DNA of 46,054 nt from Escherichia phage vB_EcoS_SCS31. Made by a program: the position numbers and the translations under genes. Positions 37,986-46,054 of the stretch are shown one piece after another; position 1 is the stretch's first letter, and each line of letters starts with the position of its first letter. Location: sequence record ON081052; one strand, written 5' to 3'. The notes beneath the pieces were generated by a model that had not been told where the DNA came from, made no database searches, and worked only from the letters and a program-made list of their open reading frames with translations.

Positions 37986-39122
37986 ATGGCAGTAGCAAAG
38001 ATTACCAACGATCAGTTAGCAGAAGAATTAAAAAACGGCCTGACTAACAAGGCGATCGCAGAGAAGTATGGCATGAACATTCGCAACGTTGAGCTTCGTC
38101 GCAGCAAGTTAGCTAAGCAGGGTGATTGGCATGGTAATGAAGGTATCAAGAAGCTAGTTCCGGACGGCTACTTGGTAAAAGGCACCTCAACAATGATTGA
38201 TGCGGATGGGAACGAGAAAATCAGATGGGTTAAGACTTCAATAGATAATGAGCGCCTTGAGGTTTTAATGGAGCAAGCTAGAGAAGCATTCTGCTCTGAT
38301 TTGCCAAAGGCTATCCCATCTGAATCACCGAATGTTAACTTTGATGATAACACGCTTGCGATGTATCCAGTTTTTGATTTGCACATTGGGGCGATGGCTC
38401 ACAAACATGAGTGTGGCGAAAACTACGATACAGCAACAGCAGAGAAGGTTATGAATGGTTTCTTTGACTACGCTGTAGATAAGGCTCCGAACTCAAAGAA
38501 TGCTGTACTTGGTATTGGTGGCGATTTCCTACATTACGATTCCCTGGAGGCTAAAACCCCGGCCTCAGGCCATATCTTAGACTCTGACAGTCGTTACGCT
38601 AAGATTGTTTATGTCGCAATCCGTTCAGTGCGACGTGCAATCTTTCGAATGATGGAGAAGCATCAAGTTATTGATATTAAGGTGATAAGTGGAAATCACG
38701 ACGAGGCAGGGATGGTTTGGCTTCGCGCTGCGCTTGCTGCATTTTATGAAGACGAACCGCGCGTAAACGTTGATGTTAGCCCAGCCGCAATGATGATGAC
38801 CAACTTTGGAACGACTCTTATTGGATACACCCACGGGCATCAAATGCGCAAAGCCGATACTCGACTAACTGTTATGGCAACTGATTTTCGTAAGTTATTT
38901 GGTCAAAGTGAGTATGTTTACACACATAGTGGCCACTGGCATTCGCAGAAGATTACAGAAACAAACTTGGGAATTGATGAGGTTCATGGGCAGCTTGGAA
39001 GTCCTGACGCGTACTCCGCAAATGGCGGCTGGCGCTCTCAACGTCAAGCGGCAGTTATTGTCTACCACAAAGAATTCGGTGAAGTTGGCCGATTCATTTG
39101 TCGCCCTAAAATGTTTAGCTAA
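37986..39122 (+). CDS. calcineurin-like metallophosphoesterase with N-terminal HTH-like segment
   Basis: Phosphoesterase signatures GIGGDFLHYD, ISGNHDE, YTHGH; N-terminal ITNDQLAEELKNGLTNKAIAEKYGMNIRNVELRR resembles an HTH. Confidence 0.55.
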   Translation: MAVAKITNDQLAEELKNGLTNKAIAEKYGMNIRNVELRRSKLAKQGDWHGNEGIKKLVPDGYLVKGTSTMIDADGNEKIRWVKTSIDNERLEVLMEQAREAFCSDLPKAIPSESPNVNFDDNTLAMYPVFDLHIGAMAHKHECGENYDTATAEKVMNGFFDYAVDKAPNSKNAVLGIGGDFLHYDSLEAKTPASGHILDSDSRYAKIVYVAIRSVRRAIFRMMEKHQVIDIKVISGNHDEAGMVWLRAALAAFYEDEPRVNVDVSPAAMMMTNFGTTLIGYTHGHQMRKADTRLTVMATDFRKLFGQSEYVYTHSGHWHSQKITETNLGIDEVHGQLGSPDAYSANGGWRSQRQAAVIVYHKEFGEVGRFICRPKMFS

Positions 39123-39170
39123 TAGCACATTTTGTTAAAACAGTAGCCGCGAAAGCGGCTATTATTGTTT
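39121..39170 (+). promoter_or_regulatory. phage promoter, palindromic motif class (TTGTTAAAA subtype)
   Basis: AATAGCACATTTTGTTAAAA followed by hairpin TAGCCGCGAAAGCGGCTA. Confidence 0.45.
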
Positions 39171-39193
39171 TATACAAACGAGAGGGGATTTAA

Positions 39194-39688
39194 ATGAATT
39201 GGAATGATTTTCTTGAGTATAGAGATGGCAGGCTTTACTGGACTGACCCGCATTCAACAAAACTCAAGCCAGGTGATGAGGCTGGTAGCAGGCATCATAG
39301 GGGTTATTGGTACATTCGCAGATATGACAAAACAATGTCAAGGCACCGAATCGTATGGGAGATGCACAACGGACCAATACCAGAAGGCATGGAGATAGAT
39401 CATATAAATCACGTCCCTGGAGATGACAGGATTGAAAACCTAAGAATGGTCACAAGAAGGCAAAACAATCAAAACAAAAAATTAGATGGAAGAAATACAA
39501 GCGGACACGTCGGGGTAAGCTGGAGCAAGAAGACAAACAAATGGAGAGCAATGATAGGCATAAAGGGAGAGGACGGAAAGAGGAAAACTTTATACGTTTA
39601 CTATGGTGATTCTTTCGATGACGCAGTGTCAGCAAGAAAGAGAGCTGAAGTTGAGTACTCATTTCACGAAAATCACGGAAGAAGCTAG
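39194..39688 (+). CDS. HNH homing endonuclease
   Basis: HRIVWEMHNGPIPEGMEIDHINH ... RIENLRMVTRRQNNQNK; N-terminus nearly identical to 17224 product. Confidence 0.8.
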   Translation: MNWNDFLEYRDGRLYWTDPHSTKLKPGDEAGSRHHRGYWYIRRYDKTMSRHRIVWEMHNGPIPEGMEIDHINHVPGDDRIENLRMVTRRQNNQNKKLDGRNTSGHVGVSWSKKTNKWRAMIGIKGEDGKRKTLYVYYGDSFDDAVSARKRAEVEYSFHENHGRS

Positions 39689-39689
39689 A

Positions 39690-39738
39690 AATAGCACTTT
39701 TTGCCTAAAGCATGCCGTATAAATGCGGCATAATTACC
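39690..39738 (+). promoter_or_regulatory. phage promoter, palindromic motif class
   Basis: AATAGCACTTTTTGCCTAAAG, hairpin GCCGTATAAATGCGGC, CATAATTAC, CATCGAAACGAGA. Confidence 0.45.
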
Positions 39739-39764
39739 ACATCGAAACGAGATGAGGAATTGTA

Positions 39765-40238
39765 ATGATTTACGTATTTGATATCGATGGAACTATAGCT
39801 AATAATGAACATAGAAGTCACCTCTTGCCATACAGTGACCTTCACTTGACTTCAAGTTGGAAGGATTACAATAAAGCCTGTTCTGGAGACTCACCAATAA
39901 TCCCAATGATAAACATGATGAACAAACTTGCGGAATTATGTCAGGTTTACATTATGACCTCCAGAAGTGATGAAGTTGAATGGAGAACACTTGAGTGGCT
40001 TCAGGATAATGAGGTTGAGTATGATTCGATATACATGAGAAGTCGACATGACAACCGAAAAGATTACAAAATAAAAGAGGAATGGCTTAATGAAATCAGT
40101 GGTGGCGATAAAAGCAATGTGGTTATTTTTGAAGATAACCCACAAGTAATTAAGCACCTAAGGAGTTGCGGATACACCGTTATGGCCGTATGTGAATATG
40201 AAGAACTACCTAAAGATTGCGAATCTCACGGAGAATGA
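39765..40238 (+). CDS. HAD-superfamily phosphatase / nucleotidase (putative)
   Basis: N-terminal FDIDGTIA (DxDGT) motif typical of HAD phosphatases. Confidence 0.5.
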   Translation: MIYVFDIDGTIANNEHRSHLLPYSDLHLTSSWKDYNKACSGDSPIIPMINMMNKLAELCQVYIMTSRSDEVEWRTLEWLQDNEVEYDSIYMRSRHDNRKDYKIKEEWLNEISGGDKSNVVIFEDNPQVIKHLRSCGYTVMAVCEYEELPKDCESHGE

Positions 40239-40795
40239 AAATGACTAAATTATTTATCCTTAATGGCCCCGCTGGAGTTGGTAAGGATACTATAGCGGAT
40301 ATCATGGTTGAGACTGGTGTCGCCAAAGAAAAGGTATCATTCAAGTCACCAATGTTTAACGTTGCTAGAGGTATTCTTTCAATAGATGAATTCGATTGGT
40401 TTATTGAAAACTACAACAATCGCGACGAGAAGGAGAAACATCAGAAAATTCTAGGTGGAAAAAGCATTCGAGAGTTCATGATCTGGATTAGCGAGTCTGT
40501 AATGAAGCCAGTCTTTGGTGATGATGTTTTTGGTAAAAGGCTCGCCCAGTCACTTAGTGATGGTTGCTACATTTGCGCTGACGGTGGATTTGCTAGCGAG
40601 ATTAAGCCACTGATCGACGCTGGTGTTGAGGTCACGTTAATCAGATTGCATAGGGCGGGGCACACATTTGATGGCGATAGTCGCTCATACATTCACGGGG
40701 TGTGCGCAAGAGAAATTGATGTTCGTGTTGTTGGTGGTGATATTGATGGAACATCAGCATTGGTAAGGCACGTAATAAATAGCACTAATTGCTAA
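40235..40795 (+). CDS. P-loop kinase, dNMP-kinase-like (putative)
   Basis: Walker A GPAGVGKDT near N-terminus; stop lies in promoter copy. Confidence 0.55.
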   Translation: MKMTKLFILNGPAGVGKDTIADIMVETGVAKEKVSFKSPMFNVARGILSIDEFDWFIENYNNRDEKEKHQKILGGKSIREFMIWISESVMKPVFGDDVFGKRLAQSLSDGCYICADGGFASEIKPLIDAGVEVTLIRLHRAGHTFDGDSRSYIHGVCAREIDVRVVGGDIDGTSALVRHVINSTNC

Positions 40796-40826
40796 AGATA
40801 ATAATAAAAACTGAGTTATCATTAAC
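40778..40826 (+). promoter_or_regulatory. phage promoter, palindromic motif class
   Basis: AATAGCACTAATTGCTAAAG ... GTTATCATTAAC ... CATCGAAACGAGA. Confidence 0.45.
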
Positions 40827-40863
40827 ACATCGAAACGAGATGAAACAAACGAGGAAACACAAG

Positions 40864-41040
40864 ATGACTAAAATGATTTATTGCACCAAGAACAACTCCA
40901 AGACGCTTCCATTTACAGTTAACCAGCCGTACAATGCAGAGTATCAGGGTGACGGATATTACAAGATTTACGGAGACGATATGACGTGGATTTTAGCACC
41001 GATTGATGGTTCGCTTGTTGAATTTATTATCGCAGAATAG
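40864..41040 (+). CDS. hypothetical small protein
   Basis: ATG 40864 after conserved leader. Confidence 0.3.
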   Translation: MTKMIYCTKNNSKTLPFTVNQPYNAEYQGDGYYKIYGDDMTWILAPIDGSLVEFIIAE

Positions 41041-41169
41041 CGCATCTAAAACATAGCTTTACAAGTGGGGGCCTTTTGGCTCCCTTTTTTTTGCTTCTTT
41101 TCCGAACAGGGCTACTGTATCATGTTTACACTAACTTAAACATTGACAAATAGACAAATGGAGGATCAC

Positions 41170-41385
41170 ATGAGGGAAGTAATCAACGCCGCTACGGCGT
41201 CAACTGGAGGGGCAGCGGTAACTGGAGCGGCAACTGGTCAGATGACTATAGCAATAATCAGCCTTATCGCTTTAATCATTTTTGGTGCGTGGGGTGCTTA
41301 CTGGAAGTTTAAGGATAGCCAGGCGATTCGGCGCGCTCTTGAATCAGGAGACTTAAAAACAGCAATCAAGATAAGGAGTAAGTAA
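41170..41385 (+). CDS. holin (putative)
   Basis: Small protein with hydrophobic segment MTIAIISLIALIIFGAWGAYW and charged C-terminus; directly upstream of endolysin. Confidence 0.45.
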   Translation: MREVINAATASTGGAAVTGAATGQMTIAIISLIALIIFGAWGAYWKFKDSQAIRRALESGDLKTAIKIRSK

Positions 41386-41871
41386 ATGAAGCAGAAGCTG
41401 CTAATTAGCGCGGCTACGGCTACGGCAATATACATCGCAGCACCGCTTATTGAGCTCGTAGAGGGTGTGGAAAACAAGCCTTACATGGACATTGCTGGAA
41501 TCCCTACTGTTTGCTCTGGCGTTACTGGCCCTGACGTTGTTTGGGGTAAGACCTACAGCAACAGGGAATGCCGGAACTTACTGGAGAAGCACATTCAGAT
41601 TCATGCCAGGCATGTTCAGAATGCAGTTACCTACCCAATCGCACCTCAGACAAGAGCGGCTTTAATCAGCTTTAGCTACAACGTTGGTGGAAATGCGATG
41701 AGGAATTCAACGGCAGTTCGACTTATTAATCAGGGTAAAGTTGAGCAGGGTTGCAATGCTCTCGGGATGTGGAATAAGGCTCGGGTTAACGGAAAGCTAA
41801 AGGTAGTTAAAGGCCTGGTTAACAGGAGAAACGAGGAGATTAAGTTATGCTTAAGTGGATTGCAGCGTTAG
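41386..41871 (+). CDS. SAR endolysin (lysozyme-like)
   Basis: N-terminal weakly hydrophobic signal-anchor-release-like segment, then E...D...T lysozyme-like region (ELVEGVENKPYMDIAGIPTVCSGVTG). Confidence 0.7.
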   Translation: MKQKLLISAATATAIYIAAPLIELVEGVENKPYMDIAGIPTVCSGVTGPDVVWGKTYSNRECRNLLEKHIQIHARHVQNAVTYPIAPQTRAALISFSYNVGGNAMRNSTAVRLINQGKVEQGCNALGMWNKARVNGKLKVVKGLVNRRNEEIKLCLSGLQR

Positions 41872-42236
41872 TAATGTGCATGGCTTTATCTGGATGCTCA
41901 GCAACTGAAGTCCTGACCGGATTGATTGGAAGTAAACCAGATGTCACTGCGCAGGTTGGAGCGGCTAACAATAAAGTCGGCGTTGGTGCTTCCGTTAGTA
42001 GCGACTCCAGCAATTCCAGTGAAGCCACTGTAAGGGATTCTAAGGTTGGGAGCCTGGATAGCTCAAGCAGAAAAAAGACCTCCGACAATTCAATTAAGGC
42101 ATCAACAATCACTGCCGAAAAGATTGAGATTACAAACAATGAATCATCATCACTACCGTGGATTGGTACTGGCGTTATGTTCTGCCTGGTTCTTATTCTT
42201 CTGGCAATTATCTTAAGACGTAAAAAAGCCCCTTAA
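41847..42236 (+). CDS. unimolecular spanin (T1 gp11-like)
   Basis: N-terminal lipoprotein signal with lipobox LSGC and a C-terminal transmembrane segment (VMFCLVLILLAIIL) in one 129-aa protein. Confidence 0.6.
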   Translation: MLKWIAALVMCMALSGCSATEVLTGLIGSKPDVTAQVGAANNKVGVGASVSSDSSNSSEATVRDSKVGSLDSSSRKKTSDNSIKASTITAEKIEITNNESSSLPWIGTGVMFCLVLILLAIILRRKKAP

Positions 42237-42252
42237 TAGGGGCTATATTTTT
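42222..42252. terminator. bidirectional terminator between lysis genes and minus-strand genes
   Basis: AAAAAAGCCCCTTAATAGGGGCTATATTTTT. Confidence 0.55.
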
Positions 42253-42586
42253 AGCTAAATAACTCGTCGTCAGTCATGTTTCCTATGTTCATCATTTCCT
42301 TTATGTACTTACTATCATAACCGTTCAGTGCTTCGAAGTTAAACTCAAAAGGCCTCTTCAAACTCCCTCTACTAACAAACTCACCACACTTACCATCAAT
42401 ATATCCTGAGCTTAACATCTTTGCGCAGAACTCCTTTGAAGCTGCACTGCAAAACTTCCGATGTGGCAAACCTGCCGCCTTGCTAAACCTCTCTGAATCT
42501 TTGTGCTTGTATATGAATCGCGCCAAATGCTGGCGCGTAAAATAACTGTAGGACTCGCAAAATCTGTATAAATCAAGAAGAAACAT
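42251..42586 (-). CDS. hypothetical protein (111 aa)
   Basis: ORF track; downstream of 42590-44173 on minus strand. Confidence 0.3.
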   Translation of the reverse strand: MFLLDLYRFCESYSYFTRQHLARFIYKHKDSERFSKAAGLPHRKFCSAASKEFCAKMLSSGYIDGKCGEFVSRGSLKRPFEFNFEALNGYDSKYIKEMMNIGNMTDDELFS

Positions 42587-42589
42587 AAA

Positions 42590-44173
42590 TCACCCCATTA
42601 CACGTGGATTAACATAAACACGGTCATCAATCATGCAAACGTAGTTACGTTCTTCAAGCATTGGGATTAAGTGGTCCTTAATCTTCGTCATTACACCGGC
42701 CTGAGATTCGAATGGCTTAACCTTTCTTGCTGACTCATACAGCGCGCGAAGGCTAACAAAACCTTTACCAGCCTTACCCATTTTCAAAGCCAGGTCGATA
42801 AGTTTATTCATCTCTGCGTTATCACCAGCATGACCTGCGGCATTAGCAGAAGATAAATATGTTTTGCTTAACTCGTTAAACATTAATACCGCCTCCTGCA
42901 TGGTTTCTAATTCAATCTCACGAGACTTTTTAGGATTGCCACCTTCTTCAGATACCCAATTGCGAACAGTATGAATAACCGAAGCTATACGGATTGCCTG
43001 CTTGTCAAATTTACCAAGTGCGCCTCGTAACATAGTGTGACTGTATTTACCTCCATCACGTAAGTGCGGTTCCATATCCTGGCGAGCACGGTTTAGATAA
43101 CGCATGGCTGAATCACTAATAGTTAGCTTAACATCCACCTCACTCATGATGTTGTGAATAAGTTTAAAGTAAGTCGCCTTAAGCGCTCCATCAATAGGTT
43201 CATAAGTTGAGCGACCTTCATCATCAACAAAAACACGTTCACCTAAGAATGATTTCTCACGAACAAGCAAAAAACGCTCTGATACACCGATACCGCGAGC
43301 ACCAGCATTCATGATTGCGTTGATTGTCTCATCTTGTGCAATTACAGAGATGCAACCCAGCGCAGTAAAAGACATGTTGTTTTCAGCGTTAGCACGAGCA
43401 ATAGAAACATCGCCAGAGTCCCATGCCTTAAGAACCAATTCACTGTTTGTCTTTTTGCTCCCGTCGCCATAAGTCATGCCTAATAATGAGTTTACAGAAG
43501 TTGCTTCATCAGATATTACAGCAAAGTTACCTTGACGGAAGTTAATTCGCGCAAGACCTTCTGGAGTTGTATCAGATACCGGAAAAACAACATCGCATAA
43601 CTTCTCTAACTTCTCCTCAAGATTCTCTTTATCCTCAAATAATCTCGCCATTTCAGAAGGTGATTGCTCCTGCTTCATTTCTTTAGCGAGAGAAGATAGT
43701 TTTGCCATAATCTTTTTTCGTTCACGCTTACGTTCCTCGTTGATTCTGTCTCGTTCAGCAATCATTGGCGCAGTTGCCAGGCTGTTAATTGCTGATTTAC
43801 CAGTTGAAGGAGGTTGGCTTGTAACAACATAAAGCGCGGTTGGCTGAGTTGTTCCGTGATACTCAACGGTAAAACGACCCAGCATTGCAGAAGATACGCA
43901 GCCTAAAAAGTGCATATAGGCAGAAGATGATGGGAACTGTACTGATCGGGCGATGTTGGCTGACAGCTTGCCTACCACATCAAAATCATTCCCGAGGCTT
44001 ATTACAGGATATTTATCATTGCAATTCTCAACCTCTACTGGGTCCTTCCAGAATGACTGAGCATATCGCATACCGTTCGCTTTAATTGCCACACGAAGCG
44101 GGGAGATGCCTTGCTGCTGCGCAATAGCCATAACCTGGTCAACACTCAACTTACTGGATTCGAACTCAAACAT
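42590..44173 (-). CDS. P-loop NTPase-like large early protein, function unresolved
   Basis: Walker A-like PPSTGKS and Walker B-like AVISDEATS; ATG 44173 with RBS GGAG. Confidence 0.4.
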   Translation of the reverse strand: MFEFESSKLSVDQVMAIAQQQGISPLRVAIKANGMRYAQSFWKDPVEVENCNDKYPVISLGNDFDVVGKLSANIARSVQFPSSSAYMHFLGCVSSAMLGRFTVEYHGTTQPTALYVVTSQPPSTGKSAINSLATAPMIAERDRINEERKRERKKIMAKLSSLAKEMKQEQSPSEMARLFEDKENLEEKLEKLCDVVFPVSDTTPEGLARINFRQGNFAVISDEATSVNSLLGMTYGDGSKKTNSELVLKAWDSGDVSIARANAENNMSFTALGCISVIAQDETINAIMNAGARGIGVSERFLLVREKSFLGERVFVDDEGRSTYEPIDGALKATYFKLIHNIMSEVDVKLTISDSAMRYLNRARQDMEPHLRDGGKYSHTMLRGALGKFDKQAIRIASVIHTVRNWVSEEGGNPKKSREIELETMQEAVLMFNELSKTYLSSANAAGHAGDNAEMNKLIDLALKMGKAGKGFVSLRALYESARKVKPFESQAGVMTKIKDHLIPMLEERNYVCMIDDRVYVNPRVMG

Positions 44174-44244
44174 CTTAATGCTCCATCTCGTTAATGTGCG
44201 GGTATTATATAACACCCGCTCAGTATGTCTTTATCTTTTAGTGC

Positions 44245-44598
44245 TTATTTGTATTGCGCCTCGAATTTGTAAGTCTCGCAGAGCGTCTTGAAGCCAACTT
44301 CCTCATCTCGGTAAAGCTGCCAGGCATTGCCTTCTTTGTCATAGATGTAACCAGCATTTTGGCCCAGGCCAGCGTGCATGTTTACCTGATATCTCTTTCC
44401 TTCCGCGAACACTTTAGAGACGCCACTCTTATGGTTAACCTTTGTGCAATACAGAGTCTTGGTCTTGATGTATTTGCCGCGCTCTGTAAGGTTCTTCCAT
44501 TTTCCATTAACCTTGATTTGCTCTACACCATCTTTAACGCGAGCCTTGAACAAATCGTTATCGCTTGAAACCCAGTGTTTTGTAATCGTAGTAGTCAT
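44245..44598 (-). CDS. hypothetical protein
   Basis: ATG 44598 with RBS GAGAGGG. Confidence 0.3.
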   Translation of the reverse strand: MTTTITKHWVSSDNDLFKARVKDGVEQIKVNGKWKNLTERGKYIKTKTLYCTKVNHKSGVSKVFAEGKRYQVNMHAGLGQNAGYIYDKEGNAWQLYRDEEVGFKTLCETYKFEAQYK

Positions 44599-44777
44599 TT
44601 TAAGCCCTCTCTTTCGTTTTCCACATAAATTTGTTTGGTACTGATTTGCGAACGATTCGCACAACAATCTTATCTGTCTTTTGCACTAAGCCGTAAATCT
44701 TGCCGTCAAGTGATGAGCGGTATACTGCCTCTTCCATCTCGTCGTAAAAGTTGTCGAACATTTCTCATCTCCCGTCT

Positions 44778-44832
44778 CGATGGAAAGATAATGCCGTATC
44801 TCACATAAATGCTTTTAGCAATTCGTGCTATT
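44778..44832 (-). promoter_or_regulatory. phage promoter, palindromic motif class (minus strand)
   Basis: Reverse complement reads AATAGCACGAATTGCTAAAAG ... CATTATC ... ATCGAGACGGGAGATG. Confidence 0.45.
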
Positions 44833-44975
44833 GCGCGCCTTTTGTATCGCCTTAAGCATAATCTCATGACTCTCAAGCAAGTCCTCGCGGAACCAGTCGC
44901 CGCAAGGCCAGCCCTTTCCGCTGTATGCGCTGATGACCTCGAGATCGAAATAATTTATCTCAGATGGTAGTAGCA

Positions 44976-45218
44976 TCATTTCACCTCATCAAAAGTTGCA
45001 ATCCCAGGAATAAACATTCCAACCTTCCAGCCTGCAATGGCAATCCATCCAGAATCGTGCTTGTGCGGTCGATCAGCGCCTTTAATTAACCACTCGTTCG
45101 GGATTGTCTTGCCGTTAATGATTAGAGGCTCAGCGTCGTATACAGAGCCTTTTACGAATGGTGTTAAGGCTTTCTTGTCAGTGCTATTGATAACGTTAGT
45201 GCAGATTATTTTAGTCAT
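44976..45218 (-). CDS. hypothetical early protein (80 aa)
   Basis: ORF track. Confidence 0.3.
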   Translation of the reverse strand: MTKIICTNVINSTDKKALTPFVKGSVYDAEPLIINGKTIPNEWLIKGADRPHKHDSGWIAIAGWKVGMFIPGIATFDEVK

Positions 45219-45402
45219 TTACAACCTCGTACTCACCTTTATAAACAGCGACCTCTTCATTCACATTGTTGACAATCACTGCTAAACAAAGAGCACCCAA
45301 ATATTTTACCACTTCGTACTCGCAGCCAAGCGTCAGACCATAGTCCTCACATGAACGTCCACTGCAATCTAAATCTTCGAATTTAACTAACTTAATTTTC
45401 AT
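45211..45402 (-). CDS. hypothetical early protein (63 aa)
   Basis: ORF track. Confidence 0.3.
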   Translation of the reverse strand: MKIKLVKFEDLDCSGRSCEDYGLTLGCEYEVVKYLGALCLAVIVNNVNEEVAVYKGEYEVVND

Positions 45403-45959
45403 ATCTCAATCCTCAAATAAATGGCAAGCATTCGACGCAGCCAAGCCCATCACAGCACATGAATTCATCTTCTGACTGGAACTGCTTTGCTAAATCAATG
45501 TCTAGCCTTCCGCGCAACACAAGGTCGGTGTAATCTTCATTAAGCCCAATCAGTGCGCACTCGTTACGTAACTCATCTTTATTCTTTTTCATTTATCCTG
45601 GCCTTTTAAATTATGACGCTCTCTCAGAACTTCAACCCATTCTTGCGCGTCATTCTCTCTCATGAAGAAACTTAACTTTGGGTACTTGTGAAACCCTTTA
45701 AGTTCAACTATCCAATGGCCACCTTCGTAACTATAACTAACTTTCTTCTCTGTCATTTTGTTACCTTTTGAGTTTTTTTTGTTATCGACATCTCTTCAAC
45801 GTACTCGCTACAACTCGGGATTTTACTCCCGGCCCGGCATCCTAACAAAAGGACCCGCTCGGCGCTTTGGTGGGTGAGGTAACGCTTCCTCACATTGCGC
45901 GGTATCATTTACCCTTTTTAGTCCCTTTCGGGAGTGACTCAGAGTCTGCTACCGTGTCG

Positions 45960-46015
45960 ATGAAATGAAGTATACGCACATCGATTCAATATGTCTTTAG
46001 CAAAAAGTGCTATTT
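45960..46015 (-). promoter_or_regulatory. phage promoter, palindromic motif class (minus strand), heading a long leader
   Basis: Reverse complement reads AAATAGCACTTTTTGCTAAAG. Confidence 0.4.
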
Positions 46016-46054
46016 ATCAGATTACCCAGAACCACTGGTATCATAAAGGCATTA

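Noticed and set aside
39765-40795. Interpretation as a T4-like polynucleotide kinase/phosphatase RNA-repair system
   Set aside because: The kinase N-terminus is most like dNMP kinases and the two activities are on separate proteins; nucleotide salvage is the more economical reading. Kept as an alternative in the findings.
1305-46015. Possible CRISPR array suggested by the recurring 18-20 bp repeat AATAGCACGAATTGCTAA
   Set aside because: Copies are dispersed over the whole window with gene-sized, irregular spacing and each is followed by -10 and RBS elements; this is a promoter family, not a repeat-spacer array.

Overview
The window reads as a nearly complete genome of a virulent T1-like (Drexlerviridae-type) siphovirus, annotated from the ORF track plus motif reading only; no searches were run. 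I cannot single out one novel system with confidence; the strongest candidates are ranked in the findings. Layout: early small genes (528-3763) with a phage-encoded tRNA-Arg(UCU) at 3487-3561; a lambda-like morphogenesis module on the + strand (TerS, TerL, portal, scaffold/protease, decoration-like, capsid, connectors, major tail, G/GT chaperone with a visible -1 frameshift site, tape measure, M/L/K/I/J-like tip proteins); a minus-strand cassette with a Cor/Llp-like lipoprotein (24143-25679); a recombination module (PD-(D/E)XK exonuclease, ERF-like, SSB); a 947-aa tailspike-like protein, primase, HTH protein and SF2 helicase; a nucleotide-metabolism cluster; a lysis cassette (holin, SAR endolysin, unimolecular spanin); and minus-strand early genes at the right end. 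No integrase or repressor was seen. The most striking sequence-level feature is a palindromic promoter/operator motif (AATAGCAC-N-TTGCTAAA) present in at least 17 copies, followed by two duplicated AT-rich GTTAC-repeat control modules. Three HNH endonuclease genes and several promoter-bearing moron ORFs interrupt the structural operon.
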